Assembly (NCBI GenBank): GCA_965240325.2
Contig: OZ251225.1
Location: 3,100,001-3,164,000, forward strand
DNA from: Rebecca billardiae RCC1528
Lineage: Eukaryota; Protista; Haptophyta
Direction of reading: 5' to 3'
Length of the DNA stretch: 64,000 nucleotides
Shown: positions 1 through 10,999 of the stretch, piece by piece
Position numbering within the stretch: position 1 is the stretch's first letter
How the letters are laid out: each line of letters starts with the position of its first letter
Notes under the pieces: model-generated
The model's database searches: none
What the model was told of the DNA's origin: nothing
Seen by the model: only the letters and a program-made list of their open reading frames with translations
Made by a program: the position numbers and the translations under genes

Positions 1-2
1 CG

Positions 3-1196
3 GCGCTGCAGGCGTGGCGGCGCGACTTCAAGGCGCGCGAGGGCGGGCGCGAGCCGCGCATCTGGTTCGACCGCGCGTGCATCGACCAGGAGGACGTGAG
101 CGCCGACCTGCCCTTCCTCCCGGTCTACCTCGCCGGCTGCCACCAGCTGCTGATCCTGTGCGGCACAACGTACCTGCAGCGCATGTGGTGCGTGGTCGAG
201 CTGCTCGTGTTCGAGCAGATGGGCGGCGACGACGTGCAGATGTACCTGCTGCCCGGGCTGGAGGCGGAGGCGCTGGGCAGCTTCGAGCTGGCGGGCTGCC
301 GCTGCGCGCTGCAGTCCGACTTTGAGCGGCTGCAGTCGGCGATTGAGAGCGCAGTCGGCTCCAAGGAGGACTTCAACCAGCTCACGCGCGCGCTGCTCGC
401 GCGCTCGCGCACGGCGACGCTGACTCCGGCCGAGCTCGCGGCGGGCGCTTCGGATCAGCACGACGGGAGCTCGCGGCGCAGCAGCTCGAAGGCGCCCGTC
501 TTCTCCGGCAACCGCCGCGCCTCGGCGCTGCGCGGCCGCTCGCCGGTCAAGTCGGCCAACCCCGGGCCCAGCGCGATCGAGGCAGGCACGGCCGCGGAGC
601 CGAGCGGCGACTCGGCCGCGCTCGCCACGCCGCGCCGCCGGCTGCGCGACAAGCACCTCACCGCGATCGTGCTCGTCGTCGCGATGGCCCTCGGCTTCGC
701 CGGAGGCGCGATCGGCGGCGCCGCGGGCTCGAACGCGGCGTGCGCAGAGTGCGAGCGCATGGTCGGCGCGCCGCCGCCGCGCGACAAGGCCCACGCCGTC
801 CGGCTCGGCGAGCGCCGCTTCACCGTGTGGCGCACGCCGGCCACGTGGCGCGAGGCTCGCGCCGAGTGCGCGCGCAGGGGCGGCGGGCTCGCCACGGTCA
901 GCTCGGACGCGCAGCGCGCCGCCGTGCGCTGCCTGCTTTTCGACGACGTGCGGCCATCGTGGATCGGGCTCTCCACGCGCGGCGACCCGGAGGACGAAGC
1001 GACGTGGCGCTGGACGGACGGCAGCCGGGCCGTGGCGCACAACAGCTGGAAGGCGGATCAGCCGCGCGAGCCCGACGAGGGCGGCGAGCCCGCCGCGGGC
1101 GACCCGAGCGCGTGCGCGAGCACGCTCGCCGGCTGGTGGGCCGCGGAGTGGTGCCAGCACGAGCGCAGCTACGTCTGCGAGTTCGCTATCGACTGA
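3..1196 (+). CDS. Partial (5' end outside window) TIR-like domain + single TM helix + C-type lectin domain protein
   Basis: Frame open from base 3: ALQAWRRDF..IWFDRACIDQ..LPVYLAGC..LLIL.GTTYLQRMWCVVEL (TIR-like, WCxxE); hydrophobic LTAIVLVVAMALGFAGGAIG (~658-726); CTLD motifs TWREARAEC..LATV..WIGL..WRWTDG..W..QP..C..W....C......VCE; stop at 1196. Confidence 0.8.
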   Translation, partial: ALQAWRRDFKAREGGREPRIWFDRACIDQEDVSADLPFLPVYLAGCHQLLILCGTTYLQRMWCVVELLVFEQMGGDDVQMYLLPGLEAEALGSFELAGCRCALQSDFERLQSAIESAVGSKEDFNQLTRALLARSRTATLTPAELAAGASDQHDGSSRRSSSKAPVFSGNRRASALRGRSPVKSANPGPSAIEAGTAAEPSGDSAALATPRRRLRDKHLTAIVLVVAMALGFAGGAIGGAAGSNAACAECERMVGAPPPRDKAHAVRLGERRFTVWRTPATWREARAECARRGGGLATVSSDAQRAAVRCLLFDDVRPSWIGLSTRGDPEDEATWRWTDGSRAVAHNSWKADQPREPDEGGEPAAGDPSACASTLAGWWAAEWCQHERSYVCEFAID

Positions 1197-1240
1197 CACT
1201 GATAGTGGCAGCGGCTGATCACACGATGACTGCCTCGGAT

Positions 1241-1628
1241 AGTGGTTTGAGGTTGGGTGAGGGTGGTGGTTGGTTGGGGGCTGGCCAGGGTAGGGCTGGA
1301 GGCTTCGGCCGCCAGTCTGATCACCCGGAGCCCGTTATTATATATTATAAAACTATAAAGGGGAAATTTAAAAACACCGTCACCGGTCGGCAGGACTTAT
1401 TAACGTGATCTCATCACGCGTATATTTGACTACCCCCCCCCCCCCCATACCCCCATATGTGTTTTTTCTGTATGTCGTCCGGTTCCACGGTATTTGATGG
1501 TCCTTTGGTTCCACTTTTAAATTCCCCTTTATAACGGGCTCCGGGTGATCAGGCTGGCGGCCGAAGCCTCCAGCCCTACCCTGGCCAGCCCCCAACCAAC
1601 CACCACCCTCACCCAACCTCAAACCACT
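1241..1628. repeat. Inverted repeat: ~98-bp copy of the LINE 3' end (1241-1338) facing the LINE 3' end (1531-1628), plus inner TATAAAGGGGA(A)TTTAAAA inverted pair (1354-1373 / 1515-1533)
   Basis: agtggtttgaggttgggtgag...ggagcccgttat is the reverse complement of ataacgggctcc...ctcaaaccact with one mismatch noticed (gtctga/gcctga). Confidence 0.9.
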
Positions 1629-4600
1629 GACCGAGACACCTAGTGTCTTGACACCACTCCACTGTGGACAGCCCGCCTCCAGAGGGGGCGGGGGTATGCC
1701 ATTGCCAACAGCATACGAGCCCAACACTGTGGGGTGGTCCCAGGTACAAGCAGTGTACGGCCTTGCAATTCAAGATCACCGAGTTTGAGCCGAGTCGGCA
1801 GAAGGGGCACCCCCTAGGGTGCCCCAGTGTGGGCAGAGGGCCAGCCACTAGCCGATCCCTGCGCGGGGAAGGGAACTGAGGGGACTGTCATCGAGCCCAG
1901 TAGCTGGGCAGGGGTCTGGGCCACTGGCCCTGGCAGCGAGGCGCCTGTATTTCACTCGTGCAGCTATGGAGGCAGAGGGGGTCATGTCAGACATGTGTGC
2001 TACATCGGGCATCAAGTCCGGGCGTGGGCCGCTGTAGGAAGCAAGCAAAGTGGTGGCGATGGCTAATACGCCTGGGGAGGTGTCGTTCGCTCGCCTCTTC
2101 CTGCTGCGCTGTGCAGGGGGTAGTGTGCTCCGCTGCGGCACATTTGCCTGGCGGGGTGGGCAGTGTCGTTTGGGCGGGGGGCTGTCTTGCCGAGCTTGAC
2201 TAGAAGGAGGCAGCCTGCGCCTGGGGGCTGCCAGTGGCCTGGCAGAGCCAGCAGGTGGCTGTGTGGCCGCTGTCCAGTGACTGACTGTGTAAGGTCGCTA
2301 TGAGCTCAGTTACCAGTGTGACTGCCAGCAGCCGGGTCTGCCTCCATCTCAGGGCCCCCATGTGTCAACACATTGTCCGGCGGACCCACATTGCTGCGAG
2401 CCAGCGGGGTGGCATATTGGAGCGGCCATGCCACAAGAGGTGTGGCAGGCTGCAGAGGCCACGCAATCACCATAGGGAGGGGGCGAGCACGCTGAAGGGG
2501 CCACGCCTGCGAGAGTAGCTGGGGGCGCACGTGGTGGTGACCGCGCGCTATGGGCTGGTGCAGGTTGGCCTGCCCCGCGCCTGCCTGCCAGCCCTGGCCA
2601 GCCTGGGCAGGGGGTTGCTGCTGGATGACAGGTGGTCCTTGCAACTGATTATATGCATGGCAATCGCCCCTCCTGGGCCTGCCTGTGCCTGTGGGAGTGG
2701 GGGCTGCCCCCCTGGGCCGTGCCCAGGCGGCGGCCGAAGCTCCCTGGCATGTCGAAGGAGACGTCCTGCCTTCGACAGCTGGGAGTCCACGTCCTTGCGG
2801 GCCTGCATGATGCCTAGCCCTGCCTTCAGTAAGGCCACGTGCATGGTCCTGCCGAGATGCACGTTGCCCCCCACAGTGGTCTTCAGTGTGCTGGGCACCC
2901 TGCCCATGAGAGCAGCCCCAGAGCACACGTGACGTGCCAAGTTCCATGCTGCAGCCTGTCCCTGCATGAATGGCTCAATTACATGCGATACGCTTCTGGC
3001 AGCAGCCATTCGGTAGGCATCGACCTCAGGGCACTCAGAGAAGAGGTGGTGCTCAGTATCTGGCGCTGGATGTAGCAGAGGAGCATGATCGCAGAGGGGG
3101 CAGGCATCGCTAAATGCCGCCCCCGACTGGAATCGCACAGAGAGCAACGTCGGGTCTCGCAGGGCAGCAGGCTGCAGGAACTCATATCCGTGGTGGAGTA
3201 TGTAGTAGGCAGGCACAGTGTTGGCCTGCCAGGTCCGTAGTACGCCAGTGGAGGCCTCTGGCCACACGCCGGTCCATTCACCCACCAAGTCACAGCTGGA
3301 CTTGGTGGCTTGCAGGTGGGTTGCCCTTTGTGATAGCACACTGTCATACACAAGGGGCTTGATTCGGCCTGCCACTGGCTCTCCATCGGCCAGCTGTACC
3401 ATTGCATGGGAACCCGCATTTGGGTGGCCACCTCTCTTGTGAGTCACACAGGGGGTTGTGGGGTCAGAGCAGCAGAGCTTGGCCCCCGCATCGCTGCATG
3501 CGTTGAGCAGGGTTTTGGGGTTCATCCCTGCTTGGAGCAAAGCAGCCACACTGTGTTGGCTGACAGTGCAGTGCTGGTCCCCCGGGTTGTGTGTGAGGCT
3601 GAGGTGTCGCGCAGCAGCATCGTCAGCAGAGTGCACCTTGACATGCTCAAATGAAGTGGTGCTGCCATGCCGCAAGCGGCGCCAGCCCACCAGGCTCATG
3701 ACCCTGGCGATGTATGGGGCGTAAGCGTGGTGCCCCTGCCGAAGCCGTCGGTCCCAGGGGTCGTTTTGCCACATTTCGGCGGCCTTTACCATTTCCTGCA
3801 GGTCAGTGCACACCAGCAGGTTGGCGGTGGGGTCTATCTGCACCAATGCATCTGTGATGGCCATGAATTCGGCTGGGCCTGGTGCCTGGTGCCCCGCGAA
3901 CTTGGAGCAATACACATGCACAGGGGCAGTGTAATTGTTGCCGTTGAAGAAGGAAAAGGCACACGCGGCCTGCCCGTTCTCTGCATCGAATGAGCCATCA
4001 GTGGCCACCATTAGCATGCCAGGTACAGGAAGTGCAGGCAGATGGCGGGGATTGGGTGGATCACAGACAGTACGCTTGGCAGCAGGCACGTGCCCCAGGT
4101 ACCTGTAGTAGCTCTGGTCGGTCAGGACTGCCCTCAGCATATCCCTCACTGCCAGTATCACCGCCGGGCGGGACCTATGTGGCAGTGAGGACAGCTCCGC
4201 ATAGAACGCAGTGGAGACCATCTGTCTTGGTGGCTGTTGCATGAGCACACCTAGCAACACGTGCTGGGTACCGTCCACCAGTGAGTGCTCGATCCGGCTG
4301 AGCATCTCTCCGTTCGCGTCAGGAAGGCCGTGTGGCGCCAAGCAGGGGAGGGCAGCTGCCCCTGGCATTGCGGCGAGTCTTGTATATGCCCTGTGGGTCC
4401 GGTTTGTGGCCAGCATCCCGAGCCCGGGGGCCAGCTGCTGCATCAGCTTGCTGCCGAGATTCACTTCGGATGGGAGCAGTGCCCACCCCATGCGTCGTAT
4501 AGAATTTCTCCCGGTGACGATGGTGGAGGCAAATGTAGAGGCGCCGCGTACGCGCGCCCGTGCTGGGTGCTCTACTGATTGCAGGGCACCCATGGCTGCC

Positions 4601-7600
4601 ATGGACGTGCGCGCACATAGCCCACGTGGGTCATCTGCCAGGAAGTGGTAGTACGCGTGTGCCTGGACACTCTCCAGGTGCGCATGTAGATTGATGAGGC
4701 CTAGGCCCAGGAACTGGGGAGGAAAGCACGCTGCCTCGTATGCGATGCGCCCTGGCAGGGCAGCACTCCTGACCACTGGCTCCACCATGAGGCTTTGCAG
4801 CTGGTTGAGTCTGCCCCTGGACATGCCAACCACCTCGTAGAAGTAGAATAATATCGACGTGACATCCCACACAGTAAGCAGCTTTTTGGTCTCGGTGCAG
4901 CAGTCAGCTGCCTGCACCCGCGCGGCGGCTTTGGCCACTCTGGCCTTGAGACTGGCGAACATCCTGTCAGTTGCCAGATGAATGTTGTGTCAGACTGGGC
5001 ACCAGTCCTCGGAGACACCGTTCCACAGGAGTCGCGGGTAAGTTTCCGCATCTACCCGCACGCCACCGGCGGAGGCACGATCCGACACTATCTCGGCCAG
5101 TCCGGAGCCCCAAACCCCGTGGGTTTGGGGCTGCCCGACCCATCATCCGATGATGTGACCCCGTCCGCCTGCCCCTTCGGGGCCGGTCCTTAGCCCGCCT
5201 GGTCGCTTCCGGTGGACCTATCGCCCACACGCGCGGTAGGGAGCACCCACGCTTCTTCTTCAGTCTAACATGGTACCGGAGTCAGCAACGAGACGCGCTC
5301 GTTACCGGACCCGACCTCGCTGGCGCAAGGAACGCGCTCGCGCGCATCGCGCATTGCGAGCTCGCGAGACGATTCACATCCAAGTCGGATGGTCCAAGGC
5401 AGGCTAGCCCAACCGCGGCAGCCTTCAAGGAGGAGGTGCTGACGTACCTCATTCCGACGACATTCGCGTCGTCATCGTGCGCCGAGTCGCACGCCCTGCT
5501 CAGATGCTGGAGGAGTCTCGACACCAAGTCGATTGACTTCATGAATGCAGCCCTCGACCGCCAAGATGGCCGAGCAGCTTGCAAGGAGGAGATGAGGCGC
5601 GATCTACGCGTTCACTAGGCGACAGCGGATACGATCACGTCGATCGACACCGCGCGCCGCTCGATCATCTCCGCGCTCGCTATGTGCAGCTTCTTCGTGA
5701 CACGCGGTTGCGAGGCAGCGTCATTCTGCGGCCGAAGCCGACACAAGGTTCTACGCGTGAGACCAGTCCATGTCCCATTGCACCAGCCCACACGCGGTGG
5801 TGCACCGTCGCCGTCGACGCGACCCATCGAGGAGGAGCAGGCAGGTGGATCTCGGTAAGTCCACAGCAGCTGGCACGACCACACGATCACTCGATCAACT
5901 GCCTGGGGCACCACGCCCCCGTCGACGCCCAAGCCGAGCCCGAGCCTGGTCAGCCAGCTCGGCAGGCGTCCATTCACTGGAGTACGACTGCTCGGACGGA
6001 TTCGCGAGCAACTCCAGACGTCCCTCGATCGCTGCTGCGATTCGCAGCTTCCGGACAGCTTGGCAGCTAGACAGTCGGGCACGCACACGCACGCTCGCCT
6101 TACGGCTTACGCCCCCACTCACACTTACGCACACGCGCACGCGCACTCAGGCACCGCACCTCGCTGTGGTCGGTGAGGAGGAGTGTCAGACTGGGCACCA
6201 GTCCTCGGAGACACCGTTCCACAGGAGTCGCGGGTAAGTTTCCGCATCTACCCGCACGCCACCGGCGGAGGCACGATCCGACACTATCTCGGCCAGTCCG
6301 GAGCCCCAAACCCCGTGGGTTTGGGGCTGCCCGACCCATCATCCGATGATGTGACCCGTCCGCCTGCCCCTTCGGGGCCGGTCCTTAGCCCGCCTGGTCG
6401 CTTCCGGTGGACCTATCGCCCACACGCGCGGTAGGGAGCACCCACGCTTCTTCTTCAGTCTAACATGTTGGTCACCACCCCTGCATACGTGAAGTATTCT
6501 CCATCCTGCAACGTGTCTATGGGAGCAGCTTGTCCAGTTGCCCTGTGTTGATGACCTGTATTGGGTCCACCTGTGCGTGCCCAGGGGGCACATACACTGC
6601 CACCTTGGATTTGGGGTAGTTGGGCTCCATATCATAGTACCACAAAAAGTCGATGAGGTCCTGCATCATGGCTGTGATGTCTGCTCTGCTGTGCGCGTAC
6701 AAATTGATGTCGTCCATGATAGCAGTGGCCACCACTGTCACCTGCCCTGCAGCAGCGTCCGCGTCGTCTGAGCTGCATTTGGACTGTACATGGTACCCTC
6801 CATGCCTGCTCTTCAGGTACCTGAGGAACATGTTGATGAACAGGCAGAACTTAGTGGAGCTAGCAGGGTCACCTTGCTTCGTGCCACACCGTAAGCGTAC
6901 ACTATCAGTGGGCCAGTATGGCGTCCTCACCACCACATCATGCCCCTCTCCTAAGGAGCGCATGAGGGTATAAAACATGGCTGGGTACCCATGGCTGCGG
7001 AAGCCATCCTCAATGCCTTGGTATGGCACCGTGTCGAAGGCCTTTTGAATGTCCATCAGTGCACAAAACAGCGTGCGCCGGGAACTGTGTGCATCGGCCA
7101 CCACGTTGGCAAAGACAGCGACTTGCTGTACCACTTGCCCACCCTCTCTGCTGGCAGCCTGTTCCGGCTCGATTAGCCTGAGCCTGTCGGACGCAGCTTG
7201 CATGGCGTTGTTTTGGTGTCTTGCCATGATTTTGTACACCACACTGTTGAGTGTTATGCCCCTGTAATTCCCGAGCACGTGCATATCCCCGTGCTTGTGT
7301 AGTGAGACAACCTCCCCTTGCTGGAGTCCGTCCAGAAGAGTCCCTGTCGAGTACATGACTGCGCAGAGATTAGATATAATAGTGGCGATCGGGCCAGGGT
7401 GCCCTGTGACCTGTCCCCTGTCCCCTGGCTGCCCCCTGCTGGGCACCAGTCTGCTGTGCAGCGTGCTGCCTGTGTGTGCGCGTGCCGCTTGGCAGTACAG
7501 GCTCGTCGCGCTCGGCATGGTGGCCTTCCAAGAGCTTGAGTACATTGTACTGTATGCCATCTGGACCAGGCGCCGAGTTGCCTCCCACCTCAGATGTGAT

Positions 7601-8335
7601 GATGTGCCGTATTTGCGCGGGGGTGGGTGGCGTTCCGAGGGCGGTGACATATGCGTCCCCCTGATCAGTGTGCCATGCGGCCCTAATGTCGTGCCACATG
7701 TGACCTCCAGCGTGCCAAGGAGGCCTGCCCCCTGGCCGAGTGTATTGTCGCTCCAGAAGGCCCTGGTAGTGCCCCCTGTACTCCGATTTCACATCGTCAA
7801 CGCTGGTGGCCAGTGCCCCATCGCTCCTTCTGACGATGGTCGGCAGTGTGATGGGGTCCTTGGCATACACCATGACACGCAATTTATGCGAGTTCTTTTT
7901 GGTCTCAACCTTGACTTTGGCGAACCACGCCCTCTTTTGTTCCTCAGCCTGCTGCTGCCACACAGCCTTCACTTCCGCGCGGCTCGTCCTGCATTGCTGC
8001 TGCACGATTTGTCTCCAGCGCTGGTGGGACAGAAATGGCCCTACCGGCACCTGTCCGTGAGGCCCCATTGCCACTTGTGTCCAGTGCTGGGACTGTGCAG
8101 CTCCAGTGCCCCAGGTCCGCTCGTACCTGCGCATTGCTCTGCGTACTGCTGGACCAGCTGGCAGCCCAGCAGCTGCTCTGTTAGCCAGAATATCGCCTGC
8201 ATGCAGCGCAGCAGAAGCAGCATCTGCTTTGGATTTGTGTTGACCCGCTGCTGCGCCCGCTGTGGCTGGTCGGATCTTCAGGGGCGTGTCTGGTTGTCCG
8301 TCAACTCGGCCAGCCGCTTGGACAGATGCAGATGA
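1531..8335 (-). mobile_element. Non-LTR retrotransposon (LINE), 5'-truncated and frameshifted; RT, RNase H and C-terminal Zn-binding motif; interrupted by an LTR element at 4988-6465
   Basis: Minus-strand segments: SAPGPDGI (7370-8134 frame); NYRGITL, DIQKAFDTV, GTKQGDPASS, IMDD (6517-7650 frame); YFTYAGV thumb motif; RNase H ATDGS..AEF..CTD..HVKVH..D and CPLC..EHHLFSEC (2548-4962 frame). No endonuclease domain visible; 5' boundary approximate. Confidence 0.9.
4988..6465 (+). mobile_element. Non-autonomous LTR retroelement (TRIM-like), 1478 bp
   Basis: LTRs 4988-5270 and 6184-6465 (TG...CA; one C indel noticed between them); 5-bp TSD TGTTG at 4983-4987 and 6466-6470; PBS TGGTACCGGAG at 5271; purine tract GGTGAGGAGGAG just before 6184; no pol ORF in the 913-bp interior. 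Confidence 0.95.
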
Positions 8336-8688
8336 TCAGCCATCATGACGAGCCAGTAAAATAATAGGGCTGCATGTTTCGTAATGAAATCGCCGTCTGG
8401 GGGTAATAATGCCACAGGCTTCGTCGGATGATCACACCCTGCCACGGCCCTTGATCCGTGGCAATTTGACGAGCAATACGCTAATAAAGTACTCATTCTA
8501 TGATTTAACAACACCGCAGGACTTGTACAGGTAATGCGCGCAATCTTGCTCTCTATGACCCCCCATGTTGATCATAATTACCGCCCTTGTCATGATCATA
8601 AGCCAAGTGAGCTGCTGTGAAGGTTGGCGGTGGAGCGATGAGGCCGCCGAAATTAGTAAATCACGACGATCACCGCGAGTCCACGACG

Positions 8689-10028
8689 ATGCGCGTCGTG
8701 AGACGAGCCGGCGTGCTCCTCGCGGCGCTTGCCGTAGCCTCGGCCCTCCACGTCCAGCACACGCAGCTACGTGTCCCAGCACTACGCCGAGCATGCCCCC
8801 TCTGCGCCAGCGACTTGCTCTTCCGGGAGATGCAGGCGGCGATGACAAAGCGCGCCAACTTCGAGTATGAGCTCTTGGCGCCCAACCTGGGGCTTCTCGA
8901 GGAACCAGATCCGACGGACGTGCCGAGCGCGGTGGGGTTCGGTGGCGGGGTGATTGGGCGCAAGAAGAAGAAGAAGGGCACTGGAGCCGCGAACCCGCTC
9001 GTGGACCAGATCCCGCTGCTGCTGCACGCGATCAAACGCGACGGCGTCGTGAAGGTGAAGGGCGGGCTGCGGCGAGAGACGGCTTTGGCACTGCGCGAGT
9101 GCGCGCTGCGCGAGATCGAGATCGCTCGCGAGGTGGTGGCAAAGGACCCGTCGAAGAGTATGTTACGATTCAACGCGGAAGTCGAGCAGCCCCACAGGGG
9201 GACCCACCTCCTCCCCTTCGTCGACGAGGACACTTTGGCCGCTGGCGGTAGTGGCAACGACAGCCCGATCGTCCAGGCACTTCGCGAGCTGGTCGGCAAG
9301 GGCAGCGTGATGGGCACGCTGATCGCGAAGCACTGCGACGGGGACAACTCGGAGCTGCACGATCTCTACGCTCTGCGCACGGAGGCGGGCAGCTTCCAGC
9401 AGCCGGTGCGCGCCCCGCCTGCGCACAAACTGTTCGCGCGGGCTTGCGCCAGCCACGCACTCGTGCGCTGCTGCGCCGGCTGCTTTGCGCCGCCCGGGCC
9501 AGCAGTCTGATGAACGCGCGCGCACACGCTACCCCTCCTCACTTGCAGGTGCACTCGGACACGCCGTTTCAGGAGGCACCGCCCTTGCTCGCGATGTTTG
9601 TCGCCCTGCAGGACGTCACGCCTGAGATGGGCCCCACCCTTTTCATCCCAGGAACGCACCTGAACACGCAGCTGCGGCGGGACTTTGACGCCGGGCTGCG
9701 CGACGGCCGACGCGACGATGTACTTAGGAACGCGAACGCTAAGCTCGCCGTGTGCGAGGCGGGCGACGTCGCGTTTTTCGACATGCGCACGCTGCACGCG
9801 GGCTGCGCCAACCTGGAGCACGGTGGGTCACAGCGGCTCCACCTCGCTGTCACCTTCCGCAACGTGAACGCTAACGACGTCGACCTTGGCCACCTCTCCG
9901 CGATCCGGCACGGCTACCGGGAGCATATCACGCTTGGGGACCTGCGCAGGGAGCTGGCAAGGGCCAAACCGTTCAGGGACATGGGGGACGGCCTACAATC
10001 TCGGCCGCCTGCCGTGCCACTCATCTGA
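8689..10028 (+). CDS. PhyH-family 2-oxoglutarate/Fe(II) dioxygenase with probable bipartite plastid presequence; intron 9406-9548
   Basis: Spliced QQP|VHSD (HxD), FVALQDVTPEMGPTLFIPGTH, GDVAFFDMRTLHAGCAN..R; N-terminal signal MRVVRRAGVLLAALAVASA-L. Confidence 0.85.
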
Positions 10029-10650
10029 TGATGAGCCACGATGTCAACGGCTTGAAGTGACGAGCGCCGCCAAGGAGTGCGAGCCGATGAGTGCAGTCGG
10101 CGTCGCACGCGCCGCGTCACTGCGGCGCGGAGCGGCATCGCCGCGCCACCGCCCTGTCTTATTCGTCCTATCGAATGCCAGCAGATGCTGCTGACGAGGA
10201 TATGGAACGTAGTATGCATGGAGCATTGCAGTGATTGCTTTATTCAGCGCAGGCTGCAGGGCTGCACCGCGCCGCCGCGGCCCGTCCATCTTACATCGTC
10301 TAGGTCAGGCACTGACAGTACTGACACTCGGAGTCGGAGCGGAGCCGCGGAGTCCGGAGTAAGCCGACTACTCAGGGCCGGTCAGGCCCGCGGGCTACAG
10401 ACTTTTAAAGCTGATATGATGGGCCCATGGGCCTATAGATAGAGTCTATATCTCAAGCGGGCCTACGGAGCACCAGGCCCAGAGTGCCGCCGCCGCGGCA
10501 ACTGCGCAGTCACGGGCCTCATCACATCAGCGCCGTGCCACTGACACGGACACCATTGAGACTGATGACTACGATGACGAAGCTGCTTAGCGCCAGTAGT
10601 AGTAAGTAGTTGATGATGATTCCGTGATCACTTTGACTTATGCGCGACTG

Positions 10651-10686
<36 letters not shown>

Positions 10687-10692
10687 TATATA
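10651..10692. repeat. Compound (TA)n(CA)n(TA)n microsatellite
   Basis: Read directly from sequence. Confidence 0.9.
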
Positions 10693-10999
10693 TCGTCTAG
10701 TTACTCGTATTCGGATGATCGGCACTCGGCGCACTCGCCGCCGCGGTGCCGTGAGAGTCGCCCGTACGCCACAGTGCGACACTATCTACCGACCGAATAC
10801 TTCCGATTACTACTGCTTATAGCACGCAGCTGAGAGCAGACGACTACTCTAGGTATAGTAGTATACGGAAGAGAAGCTGAATATATTAGTAGTCGATATT
10901 ACATGATCAAAATACTCTCACGACGACAGTATGAGTAGTTCTGTAGTCTGCCGCCGATCAGAATCCGCCTCGGACTAACCGCGTGCACGTGCCGCGCGC

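Noticed and set aside
5271-6183. Functional gag gene inside the LTR element
   Set aside because: Only short broken frames; a Cys/His cluster near 5770 needs a frameshift and is not convincing
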